DNA of 64,000 bases from an uncultured Paludibacter sp. (GTDB lineage Bacteria > Bacteroidota > Bacteroidia > Bacteroidales > Paludibacteraceae): the NCBI GenBank assembly GCA_964546015.1, contig CAZJHO010000003.1:44027-108026 (forward strand), read 5' to 3'. Under the pieces are notes generated by a model. The model did not search any database. It worked only from the letters and a program-made list of their open reading frames with translations, and was not told the DNA's origin. Position numbers and translations under genes: made by a program. Positions 1 to 11,375 of this stretch are shown here, in pieces (position 1 is the stretch's first letter; every line of letters begins with the position of its first letter).

Positions 1-1425
<1,425 letters not shown>

Positions 1426-1428
1426 AAA

Positions 1429-2424
1429 ATGAATCGTACCCTACTCTACATAGTCCTTTTACTGCTTTGTGCCGTGCTTTTCATTGCCGATTTGGTATAT
1501 GGAAGCCTCTCTATTCCGCTAAAAGAAATTTTGATTACTTTTTTCGACAAGCAAACAGACAGCACCTATCAAGAAATCATTATTAATTTTCGTTTGCCTA
1601 AAGCACTAACAGCTGTACTTGCAGGAGCATCCTTGTCTGTTGCCGGATTATTGATGCAAACATTGTTTCAGAATCCGCTTGCTGGTCCTGATGTGTTGGG
1701 CGTAAGTGCAGGTGCAAGTTTAGGCGTTGCCATAATGGTAATGGCAGGAAGTATTTTGCCGATAGCTTTTATCAGTTCGGGCTGGAGTATTGTTCTTGCA
1801 GCAATTACAGGTAGTTTGGTTATACTACTTATAATGCTAAGCGCTTCATTTAAAGTGCGTAACGCCGTTTCGTTACTTATCATCGGTATTATGTTCGGAA
1901 GCATAACCGGAGCAATTGTAAGTGTTTTGCAAAATTACAGCAATCCGGATTCTCTTAAATTATTTATTATTTGGACCTTAGGAAACTTATCTTCGGTTAG
2001 TTGGACATATATGCAAGTAATGGCTCCCATTGCTATTGTTGGGCTATTTTTAGCTTTTTTATTGCAAAAATCACTTAACGCACTACTATTAGGCGAACAT
2101 TATGCTAAAGGGTTGGGAATTTCTATTATTCGTACACGCATTATGGTTATCACAGCTACAGCTTTATTAGCAGGGTCTATTACTGCATTTACAGGACCTA
2201 TTGCATTTATTGGTGTCGCTATTCCACATATTGCACGCGGTCTGTTCCGCACATCAGACCATCGACACACTATTCCTGCCTCCATTCTCTGCGGGGCATC
2301 ATTACTATTGGTTTGCGATATTGTTTCTCAATCAAGCATTTATACTATTCCGATTAATTCTATCAGTGCTCTTTTCGGAGCTCCTCTTATTATTTGGATT
2401 ATTCTGAAAAGAGATTCATATTAA
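1429..2424 (+). CDS. FecCD/BtuC-family ABC transporter permease (iron-siderophore/cobalamin type)
   Basis: 331-aa polytopic membrane protein with FecCD-like segments (LPKALTAVLAGASLSVAGLLMQTLFQNPLAGPDVLGVSAGASLG; GAPLIIWIILKR). Starts 4 nt after the ligA stop. Confidence 0.85.
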   Translation: MNRTLLYIVLLLLCAVLFIADLVYGSLSIPLKEILITFFDKQTDSTYQEIIINFRLPKALTAVLAGASLSVAGLLMQTLFQNPLAGPDVLGVSAGASLGVAIMVMAGSILPIAFISSGWSIVLAAITGSLVILLIMLSASFKVRNAVSLLIIGIMFGSITGAIVSVLQNYSNPDSLKLFIIWTLGNLSSVSWTYMQVMAPIAIVGLFLAFLLQKSLNALLLGEHYAKGLGISIIRTRIMVITATALLAGSITAFTGPIAFIGVAIPHIARGLFRTSDHRHTIPASILCGASLLLVCDIVSQSSIYTIPINSISALFGAPLIIWIILKRDSY

Positions 2425-2483
2425 CTGTCGATAACTTTCCGTTCTTTTTTATATATTCTGTTTTACGGAAAAATAATAAAGTT

Positions 2484-2491
2484 TACCTTTG
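2484..2491 (+). promoter_or_regulatory. Bacteroidota -7 promoter box TAccTTTG upstream of prs
   Basis: Exact TAnnTTTG match 29 nt upstream of the prs ATG, inside the 3' end of the permease gene. Confidence 0.45.
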
Positions 2492-2519
2492 CAAAAATTT
2501 AACCTTTTCATTACTAAAA

Positions 2520-3464
2520 ATGGTAAAGCCGGAGATTAAAATATTTTCAGGGAGAAATTCTCGGTATTTGGCGGAAAAAATCTGTAAATCATTAGGTTGC
2601 GAACTAGGAAAGATGAAAACAGAATGCTTTGCCGATGGCGAATTTTCAGTTTCATACGAAGAATCTATCCGTGGAGCATATGTATATTTAGTACAATCTA
2701 CTTTTCCAAGCTCAGACAACTTAATGGAACTTTTGCTCATGATCGATGCAGCTAAAAGAGCTTCAGCTTACAAAATCATCGCTGTAATTCCTTATTTTGG
2801 ATGGGCGCGCCAGGACAGAAAAGACAAACCCCGTGTTTCTATCGGTGCTAAATTGATTGCCGATTTGCTAAGCGTAGCAGGTATCGACCGCTTGATTACT
2901 ATGGATTTACATGCCGACCAAATACAAGGATTCTTCGATGTACCGGTTGACCACCTTTACGCTTCTACCGTTTTTGTGAAATATATTAAAGAAAATATGA
3001 ATCTGGATAATTTGATTATCGCTTCGCCTGATGTAGGAGGATCGAAGCGTGCCGGTTCATATTCAAAATATTTAGGACTTCCGTTAGTACTTTGCCACAA
3101 ATCGCGTGAAAAAGCGAATGAAATAAGTGAACTTCGAGTAATTGGAGATGTAGAAGGAAAAGATGTACTGATTGTTGACGATATTGCCGACACTGCAGGA
3201 ACGCTTACCAAAGCTGCCGAAGTTATGAAAAAAGCTGGAGCCAAATCAGTAAGGGCATTAATCAGCCACGCAGTTATGTCGAATCCAGCATCCGAAAGAG
3301 TAAATTTTTCGCACTTGGAAGAAATAATCACCACAAACTCTATCCCATACGATAAAAAAAAGGGGTGTACAAAAATAAAAATACTCTCAATAGCAGATAT
3401 GTTTGCCGACACCATTCGCCGTGTGTACGAAAACGAGTCAATCAGTTCTCAATATATAATTTAA
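2520..3464 (+). CDS. prs: Ribose-phosphate pyrophosphokinase (PRPP synthetase)
   Basis: MVKPEIKIFSGRNSRYLAEKI start typical of Prs. DLHADQIQGFFDVPVDHL and PRPP loop VLIVDDIADTAGTL. ATG 2520 preferred over the upstream in-frame extension (2394), which overlaps the permease gene. Confidence 0.93.
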   Translation: MVKPEIKIFSGRNSRYLAEKICKSLGCELGKMKTECFADGEFSVSYEESIRGAYVYLVQSTFPSSDNLMELLLMIDAAKRASAYKIIAVIPYFGWARQDRKDKPRVSIGAKLIADLLSVAGIDRLITMDLHADQIQGFFDVPVDHLYASTVFVKYIKENMNLDNLIIASPDVGGSKRAGSYSKYLGLPLVLCHKSREKANEISELRVIGDVEGKDVLIVDDIADTAGTLTKAAEVMKKAGAKSVRALISHAVMSNPASERVNFSHLEEIITTNSIPYDKKKGCTKIKILSIADMFADTIRRVYENESISSQYII

Positions 3465-3466
3465 AA

Positions 3467-3505
3467 ATTCAGGTTTCAGGTTTATCTTTGAAACCTGAAT
3501 TTTTA
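3467..3505 (+). terminator. Rho-independent terminator after prs
   Basis: Perfect 11-bp stem ATTCAGGTTTC / GAAACCTGAAT followed by TTTTT. Confidence 0.8.
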
Positions 3506-3517
3506 TATACCTGTCTC

Positions 3518-5818
3518 ATGAAGCTAAGCTTTTATGTAAAATATGCGCCACATTGGGGTGAATTACTGCGAATGAATCGTTGGCAATTAGCCATTACCGG
3601 AAATCAATCCTTGCTTGGAAATTGGGATTCCGCCAATGCTATTTTACTACAAAACAATCAATTTCATTCATGGAAAATAGATATAGAAACCAATTTCATT
3701 TTCCCGCTCGAATACAAATACATTATTCTTGATAAAAAACAACAACTTATTGCATGGGAAACAGGCTATAATCGAAAAATATTCGGCATCGAGAACTCCC
3801 ATACTCCAAACCATTTCATCGATGAAAATCTGCATTTTGACTTATCCTCTTTCAGAGGGGCAGGTGTAGCTATTCCGGTATTCTCTCTTCGCAGCGAACA
3901 AAGCTTCGGTATAGGTGAATTCTTAGATTTGAAAAAACTCGTAGATTGGGCTACCCTTACCGGACAACGCATTATACAAACTTTGCCTGTAAACGACACT
4001 TCACTCACAGAAACCGTTACAGATTCATATCCATATAATACATTGTCGGTTTTCGCACTCCACCCTATTTATTTGAATTTAAAAGCTATCGGCATTTTAA
4101 AAGATAAAACTCAAAAACAATATTTCATCCGAAAACAAAAAGAGCTTGATAAACTCCCCAAAGTCGATTACGAAAAAGTTTATAAGCTGAAAAAAGAATA
4201 TTTCCGACTTATTTTCCGGCAAGAAAAAGATACTATCCTTTTACAAAAAGGATACAAAAATTTTATCAAACAAAATAAAGAGTATCTTCTCCCCTATGCT
4301 GTATATTGCTGTTTACGAGATAAATATAACACATCCGATTTTTCAAAATGGGACAAATTTTCCGTATTTAGCAATAAGAATATAACCGATTTTGCGGCAA
4401 AAAATAATGAAGAGGTTTCGTTTTATTTATTTCTCCAGTATCATTTACACAAACAATTAAGTGAAGTTCACGCATATGCCCAAGAAAAAGGAGTTTTTCT
4501 GAAAGGCGATATTCCTATTGGTGTAAGTCCTTACAGTGTAGATGTTTGGAGTTGTCCGAAGCAATTCAATACCAACCAACAAGCCGGCGCTCCACCCGAT
4601 GATTTTTCGGAACGGGGACAAAACTGGGGTTTCCCGACTTATGACTGGGAAACAATGGCAAAAAACGATTTCTGTTGGTGGAAAAATCGTCTGAAATATA
4701 TGTCGCAATATTTTGATGCTTACCGAATTGACCATATTCTAGGTTTTTTCCGCATTTGGCAAATACCTTTGCACCAGAAATGGGCATTGTTAGGACAATT
4801 TAATCCCGCGTTGCCATTTTCCGAATCGGGCATAGAATTGTACGGCTTACAACTCAGCAAACAAAAACTGATAAAACCTTACATTTCAGAAAACATTTTA
4901 ACCCGATATTTCGATGAAAAGGTATCTTTTGTTAAAAAACAATTCTTGAGAAAACAAAAAGATGGAACATTCCTTCCTAAAAAAGGTTATGAAACACAGG
5001 TAGAGATTTTTGACTATTTCGAGAAAAAGAAAAAGCTTTCTGTCGAAAATATTACACTCCGTGAAGGATTACTGAAAATACTTTGTAATGTTCTTTTTGT
5101 GGAAGATAACAAACAAAAGGGATTTTTCCATCCACGCATTTCGTATTATTCAAACGAAGCTTTTTCGGCACTTACAGATAATGAAAAAGAAAATTACATT
5201 CGATTATACAATAATTTCTTTTTTCATCGCCATAATGAATTTTGGAAACACCAAGCTTTGCACAAACTACCACATTTACTTTCAGCAACCGAAATGCTTG
5301 CCTGTGGCGAGGACTTGGGCATGATACCCGCTTGTGTACCCGAAGTAATGAAAGAACTCAATCTGCTTTCGCTCGAAATACAGCGTATGCCTAAGGAACA
5401 GGGAGTAGAATTCGGTACCCCGGAAAATGTGCCTTATCTTTCGGTTTGCACCACTTCTACACACGATATGAGTCCATTGCGTCAATGGTGGGAAGAAAAC
5501 TATAATAAAACACAACTATACTACAATCAAATACTTCATTTAAAGGGAAATGCACCCAAAAATTGTGAACCTGCTGTTATAGAAAGAATCATAGTTCAAC
5601 ACCTGCAATCACCTGCCGAATGGGTTATCTTACCGTTGCAAGATTGGATGGCTATTGATGCCGAGATACGAAATCCGGATACACAAGCAGAACGCATTAA
5701 TGTACCCGATAATCCACATAATGAATGGAATTATCGGATGCATATCAGTTTAGAAGCTTTATTACAAGCAACCACTTTCAATCAAAAAATAAAATCATTA
5801 ATAGCGTTGAGAAGCTAA
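3518..5818 (+). CDS. malQ: 4-alpha-glucanotransferase (GH77 amylomaltase) with N-terminal CBM20-like starch-binding module
   Basis: N-terminus ITGNQSLLGNWD...WETGYNRKI resembles CBM20. GH77 core segments YRIDHILGFFRIWQIP, GEDLGMIP, TSTHDMSPLRQWW. ATG 3518 chosen because the longer ORF overlaps prs and its terminator. Confidence 0.9.
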   Translation: MKLSFYVKYAPHWGELLRMNRWQLAITGNQSLLGNWDSANAILLQNNQFHSWKIDIETNFIFPLEYKYIILDKKQQLIAWETGYNRKIFGIENSHTPNHFIDENLHFDLSSFRGAGVAIPVFSLRSEQSFGIGEFLDLKKLVDWATLTGQRIIQTLPVNDTSLTETVTDSYPYNTLSVFALHPIYLNLKAIGILKDKTQKQYFIRKQKELDKLPKVDYEKVYKLKKEYFRLIFRQEKDTILLQKGYKNFIKQNKEYLLPYAVYCCLRDKYNTSDFSKWDKFSVFSNKNITDFAAKNNEEVSFYLFLQYHLHKQLSEVHAYAQEKGVFLKGDIPIGVSPYSVDVWSCPKQFNTNQQAGAPPDDFSERGQNWGFPTYDWETMAKNDFCWWKNRLKYMSQYFDAYRIDHILGFFRIWQIPLHQKWALLGQFNPALPFSESGIELYGLQLSKQKLIKPYISENILTRYFDEKVSFVKKQFLRKQKDGTFLPKKGYETQVEIFDYFEKKKKLSVENITLREGLLKILCNVLFVEDNKQKGFFHPRISYYSNEAFSALTDNEKENYIRLYNNFFFHRHNEFWKHQALHKLPHLLSATEMLACGEDLGMIPACVPEVMKELNLLSLEIQRMPKEQGVEFGTPENVPYLSVCTTSTHDMSPLRQWWEENYNKTQLYYNQILHLKGNAPKNCEPAVIERIIVQHLQSPAEWVILPLQDWMAIDAEIRNPDTQAERINVPDNPHNEWNYRMHISLEALLQATTFNQKIKSLIALRS

Positions 5819-5876
5819 TCTAAACACTGAATTTTAAGTTTTTTCATTATCTTCGCAACTTGAAAAATCAGCTACA

Positions 5877-5892
5877 CTTGTAGCTCGTAACT
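5877..5892 (+). repeat. 16-nt leader word CTTGTAGCTCGTAACT (copy 1, upstream of lepA)
   Basis: Identical 16-mer occurs on the minus strand at 17770..17785 upstream of the TonB receptor. Here it lies 19 nt before the lepA ATG and overlaps a small hairpin AGCTACA ct TGTAGCT. Confidence 0.7.
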
Positions 5893-5911
5893 CGTAAGCT
5901 TGTAACTATTT

Positions 5912-7711
5912 ATGAAAAATATCCGCAATTTTTGTATCATCGCTCATATTGACCATGGTAAAAGTACCCTTGCCGATCGTTTACTAGAATTTACACAAAC
6001 CATTTCAGGCAAGGATATGCAAGACCAAGTTCTTGACAATATGGATCTTGAGCGTGAGCGGGGTATTACTATTAAAAGCCATGCTATACAAATGAATTAT
6101 CATCCCCAAAAAGGGGAAGCAAAGGAGGCTTATATCCTCAATCTGATAGACACTCCGGGACATGTCGATTTTTCATACGAAGTGTCCCGTTCCATTGCTG
6201 CTTGCGAAGGTGCTTTACTGATTGTAGATGCGACACAAGGTATTCAAGCTCAAACAATATCTAATTTATACATGGCTATTGAGCACGATTTGGAAATTAT
6301 TCCTGTAATGAACAAGATGGACATGGATAGTGCCATGCCAGAAGAGGTAGAAGACCAAATTGTAGAATTACTCGGATGCAAGCGCGAAGAAATTATCCGT
6401 GCCAGCGGAAAAACAGGTATGGGAGTAAATGATATTTTAGAAGCAATTATAAACCGTATTCCTGCTCCTAAAGGTGATCCTGATGCTCCACTGCAATGTT
6501 TGATTTTTGATTCTGTATTTAATTCGTTCCGTGGAATTATTGCTTATTTTAAAATCGTAAATGGAACAATAAATAAAGGCGATTTAGTAAAATTTGTCGC
6601 CACCGAAAAAGAATACGATGCAGATGAAATAGGCATCCTTAAACTCGAAATGAGTCCCAAACAAACGCTAAGTGCAGGCAATGTAGGTTATATTATTTCG
6701 GGTATCAAAACTTCTAAAGAGGTAAAAGTAGGCGATACCATTACCCATGTGGCACGCCCTTGCGACAAAGCGATCGCAGGATTCGAAGAAGTAAAGCCTA
6801 TGGTATTCGCAGGAGTATATCCTATTGATACAGAAGACTTTGAATACCTTCGCGCTTCCATAGAAAAATTACAACTAAATGATGCTTCGCTTACATTTGA
6901 GCCGGAATCATCGGTAGCATTAGGCTTTGGTTTCCGTTGTGGGTTTTTGGGTATGTTGCATATGGAAATCATTCAGGAGCGACTCGACCGTGAGTTCGAT
7001 ATGAATGTAATTACCACCGTACCAAATGTGCAATATAAGGTATATACTAAAAAAGGCGATATGATCGAAGTGCATAATCCTTCAGGATTGCCTGATATTA
7101 CTCAAATTGACCGTATAGAAGAACCTTATATCCGTGCCTCAATTATTACTAAAACAGCTTATATCGGTCAGATAATGACCCTTTGTTTAGGTAAACGCGG
7201 CGAATTGATCAAGCAAGATTATATTTCTGGCGACCGTATAGAATTGATTTACGACATGCCGTTAGGCGAAATCGTTTTCGATTTTTACGATAAATTAAAA
7301 AGTATCTCAAAAGGTTATGCTTCTTTCGATTACCATATGCAGAATTATCGCCCATCTAAACTAATAAAACTGGATATTTTACTCAATGGAGAATCTGTAG
7401 ATGCACTTTCATCATTGATTCATTTTGATAATGCTGTTTCGCTCGGTCGCCGTATGTGCGAAAAGCTGAAGGAACTTATCCCTCGACAACAATTCGATAT
7501 TGCCATTCAAGCCGCTATCGGAGCTAAAATCATTGCTCGCGAAACTATCAAAGCCGTACGCAAAGATGTAACTGCTAAGTGTTATGGGGGCGACATCTCT
7601 CGTAAGCGTAAACTCCTTGAAAAACAGAAAAAAGGAAAGAAACGAATGAAACAAATCGGCTCGGTAGAAGTGCCACAAAAAGCCTTCTTAGCGGTATTAA
7701 AATTAGATTAA
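5912..7711 (+). CDS. lepA: Translation elongation factor 4 (LepA)
   Basis: GTPase motifs [21 protein letters not shown]. Full-length 599 aa with the LepA-type C-terminal domain ([22 protein letters not shown]). Confidence 0.97.
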   Translation: MKNIRNFCIIAHIDHGKSTLADRLLEFTQTISGKDMQDQVLDNMDLERERGITIKSHAIQMNYHPQKGEAKEAYILNLIDTPGHVDFSYEVSRSIAACEGALLIVDATQGIQAQTISNLYMAIEHDLEIIPVMNKMDMDSAMPEEVEDQIVELLGCKREEIIRASGKTGMGVNDILEAIINRIPAPKGDPDAPLQCLIFDSVFNSFRGIIAYFKIVNGTINKGDLVKFVATEKEYDADEIGILKLEMSPKQTLSAGNVGYIISGIKTSKEVKVGDTITHVARPCDKAIAGFEEVKPMVFAGVYPIDTEDFEYLRASIEKLQLNDASLTFEPESSVALGFGFRCGFLGMLHMEIIQERLDREFDMNVITTVPNVQYKVYTKKGDMIEVHNPSGLPDITQIDRIEEPYIRASIITKTAYIGQIMTLCLGKRGELIKQDYISGDRIELIYDMPLGEIVFDFYDKLKSISKGYASFDYHMQNYRPSKLIKLDILLNGESVDALSSLIHFDNAVSLGRRMCEKLKELIPRQQFDIAIQAAIGAKIIARETIKAVRKDVTAKCYGGDISRKRKLLEKQKKGKKRMKQIGSVEVPQKAFLAVLKLD

Positions 7712-7941
7712 AAACCACGAGTAGCCGGTAATAATTAGCTATTTTATATATTCCTATTTTCTATGAGAACCATATTATCGGAGGTTTTATTACTTTTTTC
7801 TGCTTTTTCGCACGAAACAACTACCTTATTTAAAAATGGAGATTTGTGATATGCAGCTATTTATATTTTAAGAAGCGTTCTTTTTGGTTTATTGGCAACA
7901 GTAATAGGGAAAATTATAATTGATAGTTGGCAATTTGGAAT

Positions 7942-8619
7942 ATGAAACACTTAGTAATATTAACAGGTGCGGGCATGAGCGCCGAAAGCGGTATCAAAAC
8001 ATTTCGTGATTCGGGCGGACTATGGGAAAACTATCCTGTACAAGATGTGGCAAGTATTGAAGGTTGGTATCGTAATCCGCAACTGGTGCTAGATTTCTAT
8101 AATCATCGCCGCGAAGAACTACAGCAAACGCAACCGAATGAGGGACATCGCATATTAGCTCAATTAGAAAAAAATTTTAAAGTAAGCATCATCACCCAAA
8201 ATGTAGACAACTTACACGAGAGTGCTGGCAGTACAAATGTTATACATTTACACGGCGAATTAACCAAAGCCTGCAACGAAAATAAAACTAAAGTATATAA
8301 TATTGCTTACAATAAAATAGAATTGGGCGACAAAGCTGAAGACGGAAGTCAATTACGCCCTTTTATTGTTTGGTTTGGCGAATCCGTTCCATTGATTGAG
8401 AAAGCAATAAAAACAATAGAGTCTGCCGATATTTTGTTGATTATTGGCACTTCGTTAAAAGTGTACCCGGCAGCCGGATTGATAAATTATATTAAACCAA
8501 ATACTCCTGTTTATTTAATCGATCCTAATGAAGTGAACACCAATAAACAAATTCATTTCATTCAAAAAGGAGCTTCGGAAGGGATAAAAATCTTTAAGGA
8601 AATATTACAACGCTATTAG
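7942..8619 (+). CDS. cobB: NAD-dependent protein deacylase (Sir2/CobB family)
   Basis: LTGAGMSAESGIKTFRDSGGLW, TQNVDNLHESAG, HLHGEL, GTSLKVYPAA. ATG 7942 preferred to the TTG at 7927. Confidence 0.88.
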   Translation: MKHLVILTGAGMSAESGIKTFRDSGGLWENYPVQDVASIEGWYRNPQLVLDFYNHRREELQQTQPNEGHRILAQLEKNFKVSIITQNVDNLHESAGSTNVIHLHGELTKACNENKTKVYNIAYNKIELGDKAEDGSQLRPFIVWFGESVPLIEKAIKTIESADILLIIGTSLKVYPAAGLINYIKPNTPVYLIDPNEVNTNKQIHFIQKGASEGIKIFKEILQRY

Positions 8620-8633
8620 ATTTTTCAATTTCT

Positions 8634-11087
8634 CTATTCTTTAAAATAAACTCTTTTTACTCGGCGAGAAATATTAGTAAGCACTTCATATGAAATGGTT
8701 TCAAGTGATTTGGCTATTTCCATAACAGAAAGTCCCTTCCCGAAAAGAATAACACTATCGCCTTCGTTAGCAGGTATTCCGGTTAGGTCGATCATCGTAA
8801 TATCCATACACACATTACCTATTATAGGAGCATAATATCCATTAACAAGCACTCTCCCTACTCCATTGCTCAATTTACGGTTATACCCATCGGCATAACC
8901 TATCGGTATAACTCCAATAACCGAATCACGCATTATTTTACCCTTTCGGTTATAACCGACCGTTTCGCCGGCTTTCACACTGCGTGTTTGTAAAATAGTA
9001 GTTTTAAGCGTGCAAACTTCTTCTAAATTAGCATTATCTATTGCACTTATTCCATAATGACCTATACCCAAACGCACCATATCAAACTGGTATTTGGCAA
9101 ATCTCTCAATACCGGCAGAATTCAATATGTGTTTCATTATTTTATATGGAAATGCTTGTTCGAATTTAGCATAACAATCCAAAAAACATTTTACTTGTTG
9201 TTCCGTAAAATCGTCAAAATGAGCTTCTTCCGATCCCACCAAATGTGAGAAAACAGAGCGCACCATAAGTGTTTGCTGTGCAGTTAAATCCGCAATCAAT
9301 TTATCAATTTCAGCCGGATCGAAACCCAAGCGATGCATACCTGAGTCTATTTTTATATGCACAGGATAATTGCTTACACCTTGTCGTTCGGCTTCTTTAC
9401 GAAATGCTTCTAAAATATGAAAATTATAAATCTCAGGCTCTAACTGGTATTCGATAATCTTATTCAATGCCCCTGTTTCTGGATTCATAACCACAATAGG
9501 AATGTGGATTCCTTCATTACGAAGTATAGCACCCTCATCAGCAACCGCTACCGCTAAATACTCGCAACCTAAATGCTGTAATGTACGCGACACTTCAATA
9601 TCACCACTGCCATAAGCATATGCTTTTACCATACTCATAAGCTTTGTCTCTGACCCAAGATGCGAGCGAAAATAATGAACATTATGTGTCAATGCATTCA
9701 AATCAACTTCTAAAATTGTTTGATGTACGATGGATTCTATTTTTTCGGAAATTTTTTCAAACCGGTATTGTCGGGAACCTTTTAATAAGATTGCCTCATG
9801 CTGTAATTGTTTTATCTGTGGCGATTGTAAAAATTCGTCCGTATTTTCGAAAAAATACTGTTCGGACAATTGAAACAGATTTTTATGTTTGAACAATTCT
9901 TTTCCTATTGCTATTAATTTATCCACAGACTTTTGTTGTAAAAGTTCCGATACTTTTTCATATAATTTATCTTCACCGCTTTGTAAAATATCCGACAAAA
10001 TAAGCGTACGCTTCAGTCCCTTTACCGAAGCCTGATTATACATGAAATCCAACGCAATGGTAAGCGATGTAAAATCAGAATTGTAAGCATCATCAATCAC
10101 CAAGCAATCATTCAGTCCGTCTTTCACTTCCAATCGCATGGCAACAGGCTCTAAAGCTTGCATACGAGAGGCTATCACTTCTTCTTTTATTCCCAGATAA
10201 AGCAACAAACACAGGCAATGCAGGACATTTTCAACCGAAGCATCATCTGTAAAAGGAATAAGCAACTGATGTTCTTTTTTTGCATAAGAATAGGAAATAA
10301 TGCTTCGATTATTCTTTTTCTCTATGTTTTTTAGTTGAACTTCAGCAGATGAAGCATATCCCCAAGTAAAAGGTTTTGCTTTATTTCCCGATTGTGCAAC
10401 GGCAATATCCAGTAGCTTGTTATCTTTTTGATAAATAATAACTTCGGCATTTGTAAACAACTTTAATTTTTCGTTGCATTTTTCTTTTTGCGACGAGAAG
10501 TTTTCTTGATGAGCTTCTCCCAAATGCGTGAAAATTCCAATAGATGGAGCAATAATCGGTTGCAGTTTTTGCATCTCTCCTGGCAAAGAGATTCCTGCTT
10601 CAAAAATTCCCAATTCAGTTTGTTCGTTGAGTTCCCAAACTGAAAGCGGTACACCTATTTGCGAATTATAGCTGCGTGGCGAACGGGCAATGCGATAATC
10701 CTGCTGTAATAATTGGTAAAGCCATTCTTTCACGATTGTTTTTCCGTTACTTCCGGTAATTCCAACAACAGGACAAGTAAATTGCGCCCTGTGCTTTGCT
10801 ACCAATAGTTGTAATGATTGCAATGTATCGTCAACCAACAGAAAATTAGCTTCGGGAAATTGTTTTACATCAGGCAACTCGCTAACTAAAAAATTGCGTA
10901 CACGGGCTTCATACAAATCGGCGATGTAGCGATGTCCATCGTTACGAGAAGTAAGTAAAGAAACAAAAAGACTTTCGGTAGGGAAAGACACTGCACGGCT
11001 ATCAATTAACAATCGGCTTATTTCTGCCTTTTCATTGCCAAAAAGTGTAGCATTTATAAATTGAGCTATTTGATGTAAGGTGTACAT
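8634..11087 (-). CDS. Bifunctional MurF-like UDP-MurNAc-tripeptide:D-Ala-D-Ala ligase / alanine racemase
   Basis: N-terminal Mur ligase with P-loop GITGSNGKT. C-terminal half is alanine racemase (PLP-lysine motif MVKAYAYGSG; VCMDITMIDLT). 817 aa as a single ORF. Confidence 0.9.
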   Translation of the reverse strand: MYTLHQIAQFINATLFGNEKAEISRLLIDSRAVSFPTESLFVSLLTSRNDGHRYIADLYEARVRNFLVSELPDVKQFPEANFLLVDDTLQSLQLLVAKHRAQFTCPVVGITGSNGKTIVKEWLYQLLQQDYRIARSPRSYNSQIGVPLSVWELNEQTELGIFEAGISLPGEMQKLQPIIAPSIGIFTHLGEAHQENFSSQKEKCNEKLKLFTNAEVIIYQKDNKLLDIAVAQSGNKAKPFTWGYASSAEVQLKNIEKKNNRSIISYSYAKKEHQLLIPFTDDASVENVLHCLCLLLYLGIKEEVIASRMQALEPVAMRLEVKDGLNDCLVIDDAYNSDFTSLTIALDFMYNQASVKGLKRTLILSDILQSGEDKLYEKVSELLQQKSVDKLIAIGKELFKHKNLFQLSEQYFFENTDEFLQSPQIKQLQHEAILLKGSRQYRFEKISEKIESIVHQTILEVDLNALTHNVHYFRSHLGSETKLMSMVKAYAYGSGDIEVSRTLQHLGCEYLAVAVADEGAILRNEGIHIPIVVMNPETGALNKIIEYQLEPEIYNFHILEAFRKEAERQGVSNYPVHIKIDSGMHRLGFDPAEIDKLIADLTAQQTLMVRSVFSHLVGSEEAHFDDFTEQQVKCFLDCYAKFEQAFPYKIMKHILNSAGIERFAKYQFDMVRLGIGHYGISAIDNANLEEVCTLKTTILQTRSVKAGETVGYNRKGKIMRDSVIGVIPIGYADGYNRKLSNGVGRVLVNGYYAPIIGNVCMDITMIDLTGIPANEGDSVILFGKGLSVMEIAKSLETISYEVLTNISRRVKRVYFKE

Positions 11088-11193
11088 TGTATAAATAAAT
11101 GTGATTTATTAAAAATTGTTTGTAAAAGTAGTAATTCTTTTAAGAAACTGTTTTGAATTTTTTCATCCATCATTTTTTAGTAAATTTGTCCGG

Positions 11194-11233
11194 AAAAATA
11201 AAAAAGCTTACAGAGTTTTCTGTAAGCTTTTTT
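11194..11233 (-). terminator. Hairpin terminator downstream of tRNA-His
   Basis: 14-bp perfect stem AAAAAGCTTACAGA / TCTGTAAGCTTTTT with a 4-nt loop, and A/T runs on both sides (works in either direction). Confidence 0.7.
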
Positions 11234-11235
11234 AG

Positions 11236-11310
<75 letters not shown>

Positions 11311-11324
11311 GTGTTTTGCGGGTG

Positions 11325-11332
11325 CAAATATA
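11325..11332 (-). promoter_or_regulatory. -7 promoter box TAtaTTTG upstream of tRNA-His
   Basis: Reverse complement of CAAATATA is TATATTTG, 15 nt upstream of the tRNA 5' end. The same TAnnTTTG-CACCC arrangement is seen at the tRNA-Met gene. Confidence 0.5.
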
Positions 11333-11375
11333 GCATATCCTTTTATTTTGTGCAACAATCTTAGCGGCATTTTTC

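Noticed and set aside
2394-2519. In-frame N-terminal extensions of listed ORFs (prs 2394, malQ 3365, sirtuin 7927, peptidase 13866, folP 14683, ATPase 23634, mmdA 31400, thioredoxin 38693, Crp 44625, TPR protein 48824).
   Set aside because: The extensions overlap upstream genes or terminators, several begin with non-ATG codons, and the internal ATG gives the N-terminus typical of each family.
7763-7849. 28-codon ORF (MRTILSEVLLLFSAFSHETTTLFKNGDL) in the 230-nt lepA-sirtuin spacer.
   Set aside because: No promoter box, no conservation evidence available, and a length compatible with chance in AT-rich DNA.
7880-7940. Repeated TTGGCAA words upstream of the sirtuin gene, considered as a possible sigma-54 -24/-12 promoter.
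   Set aside because: There is no TTGC element at the required spacing from either TGGCA, so they do not fit the TGGCAC-N5-TTGC consensus.
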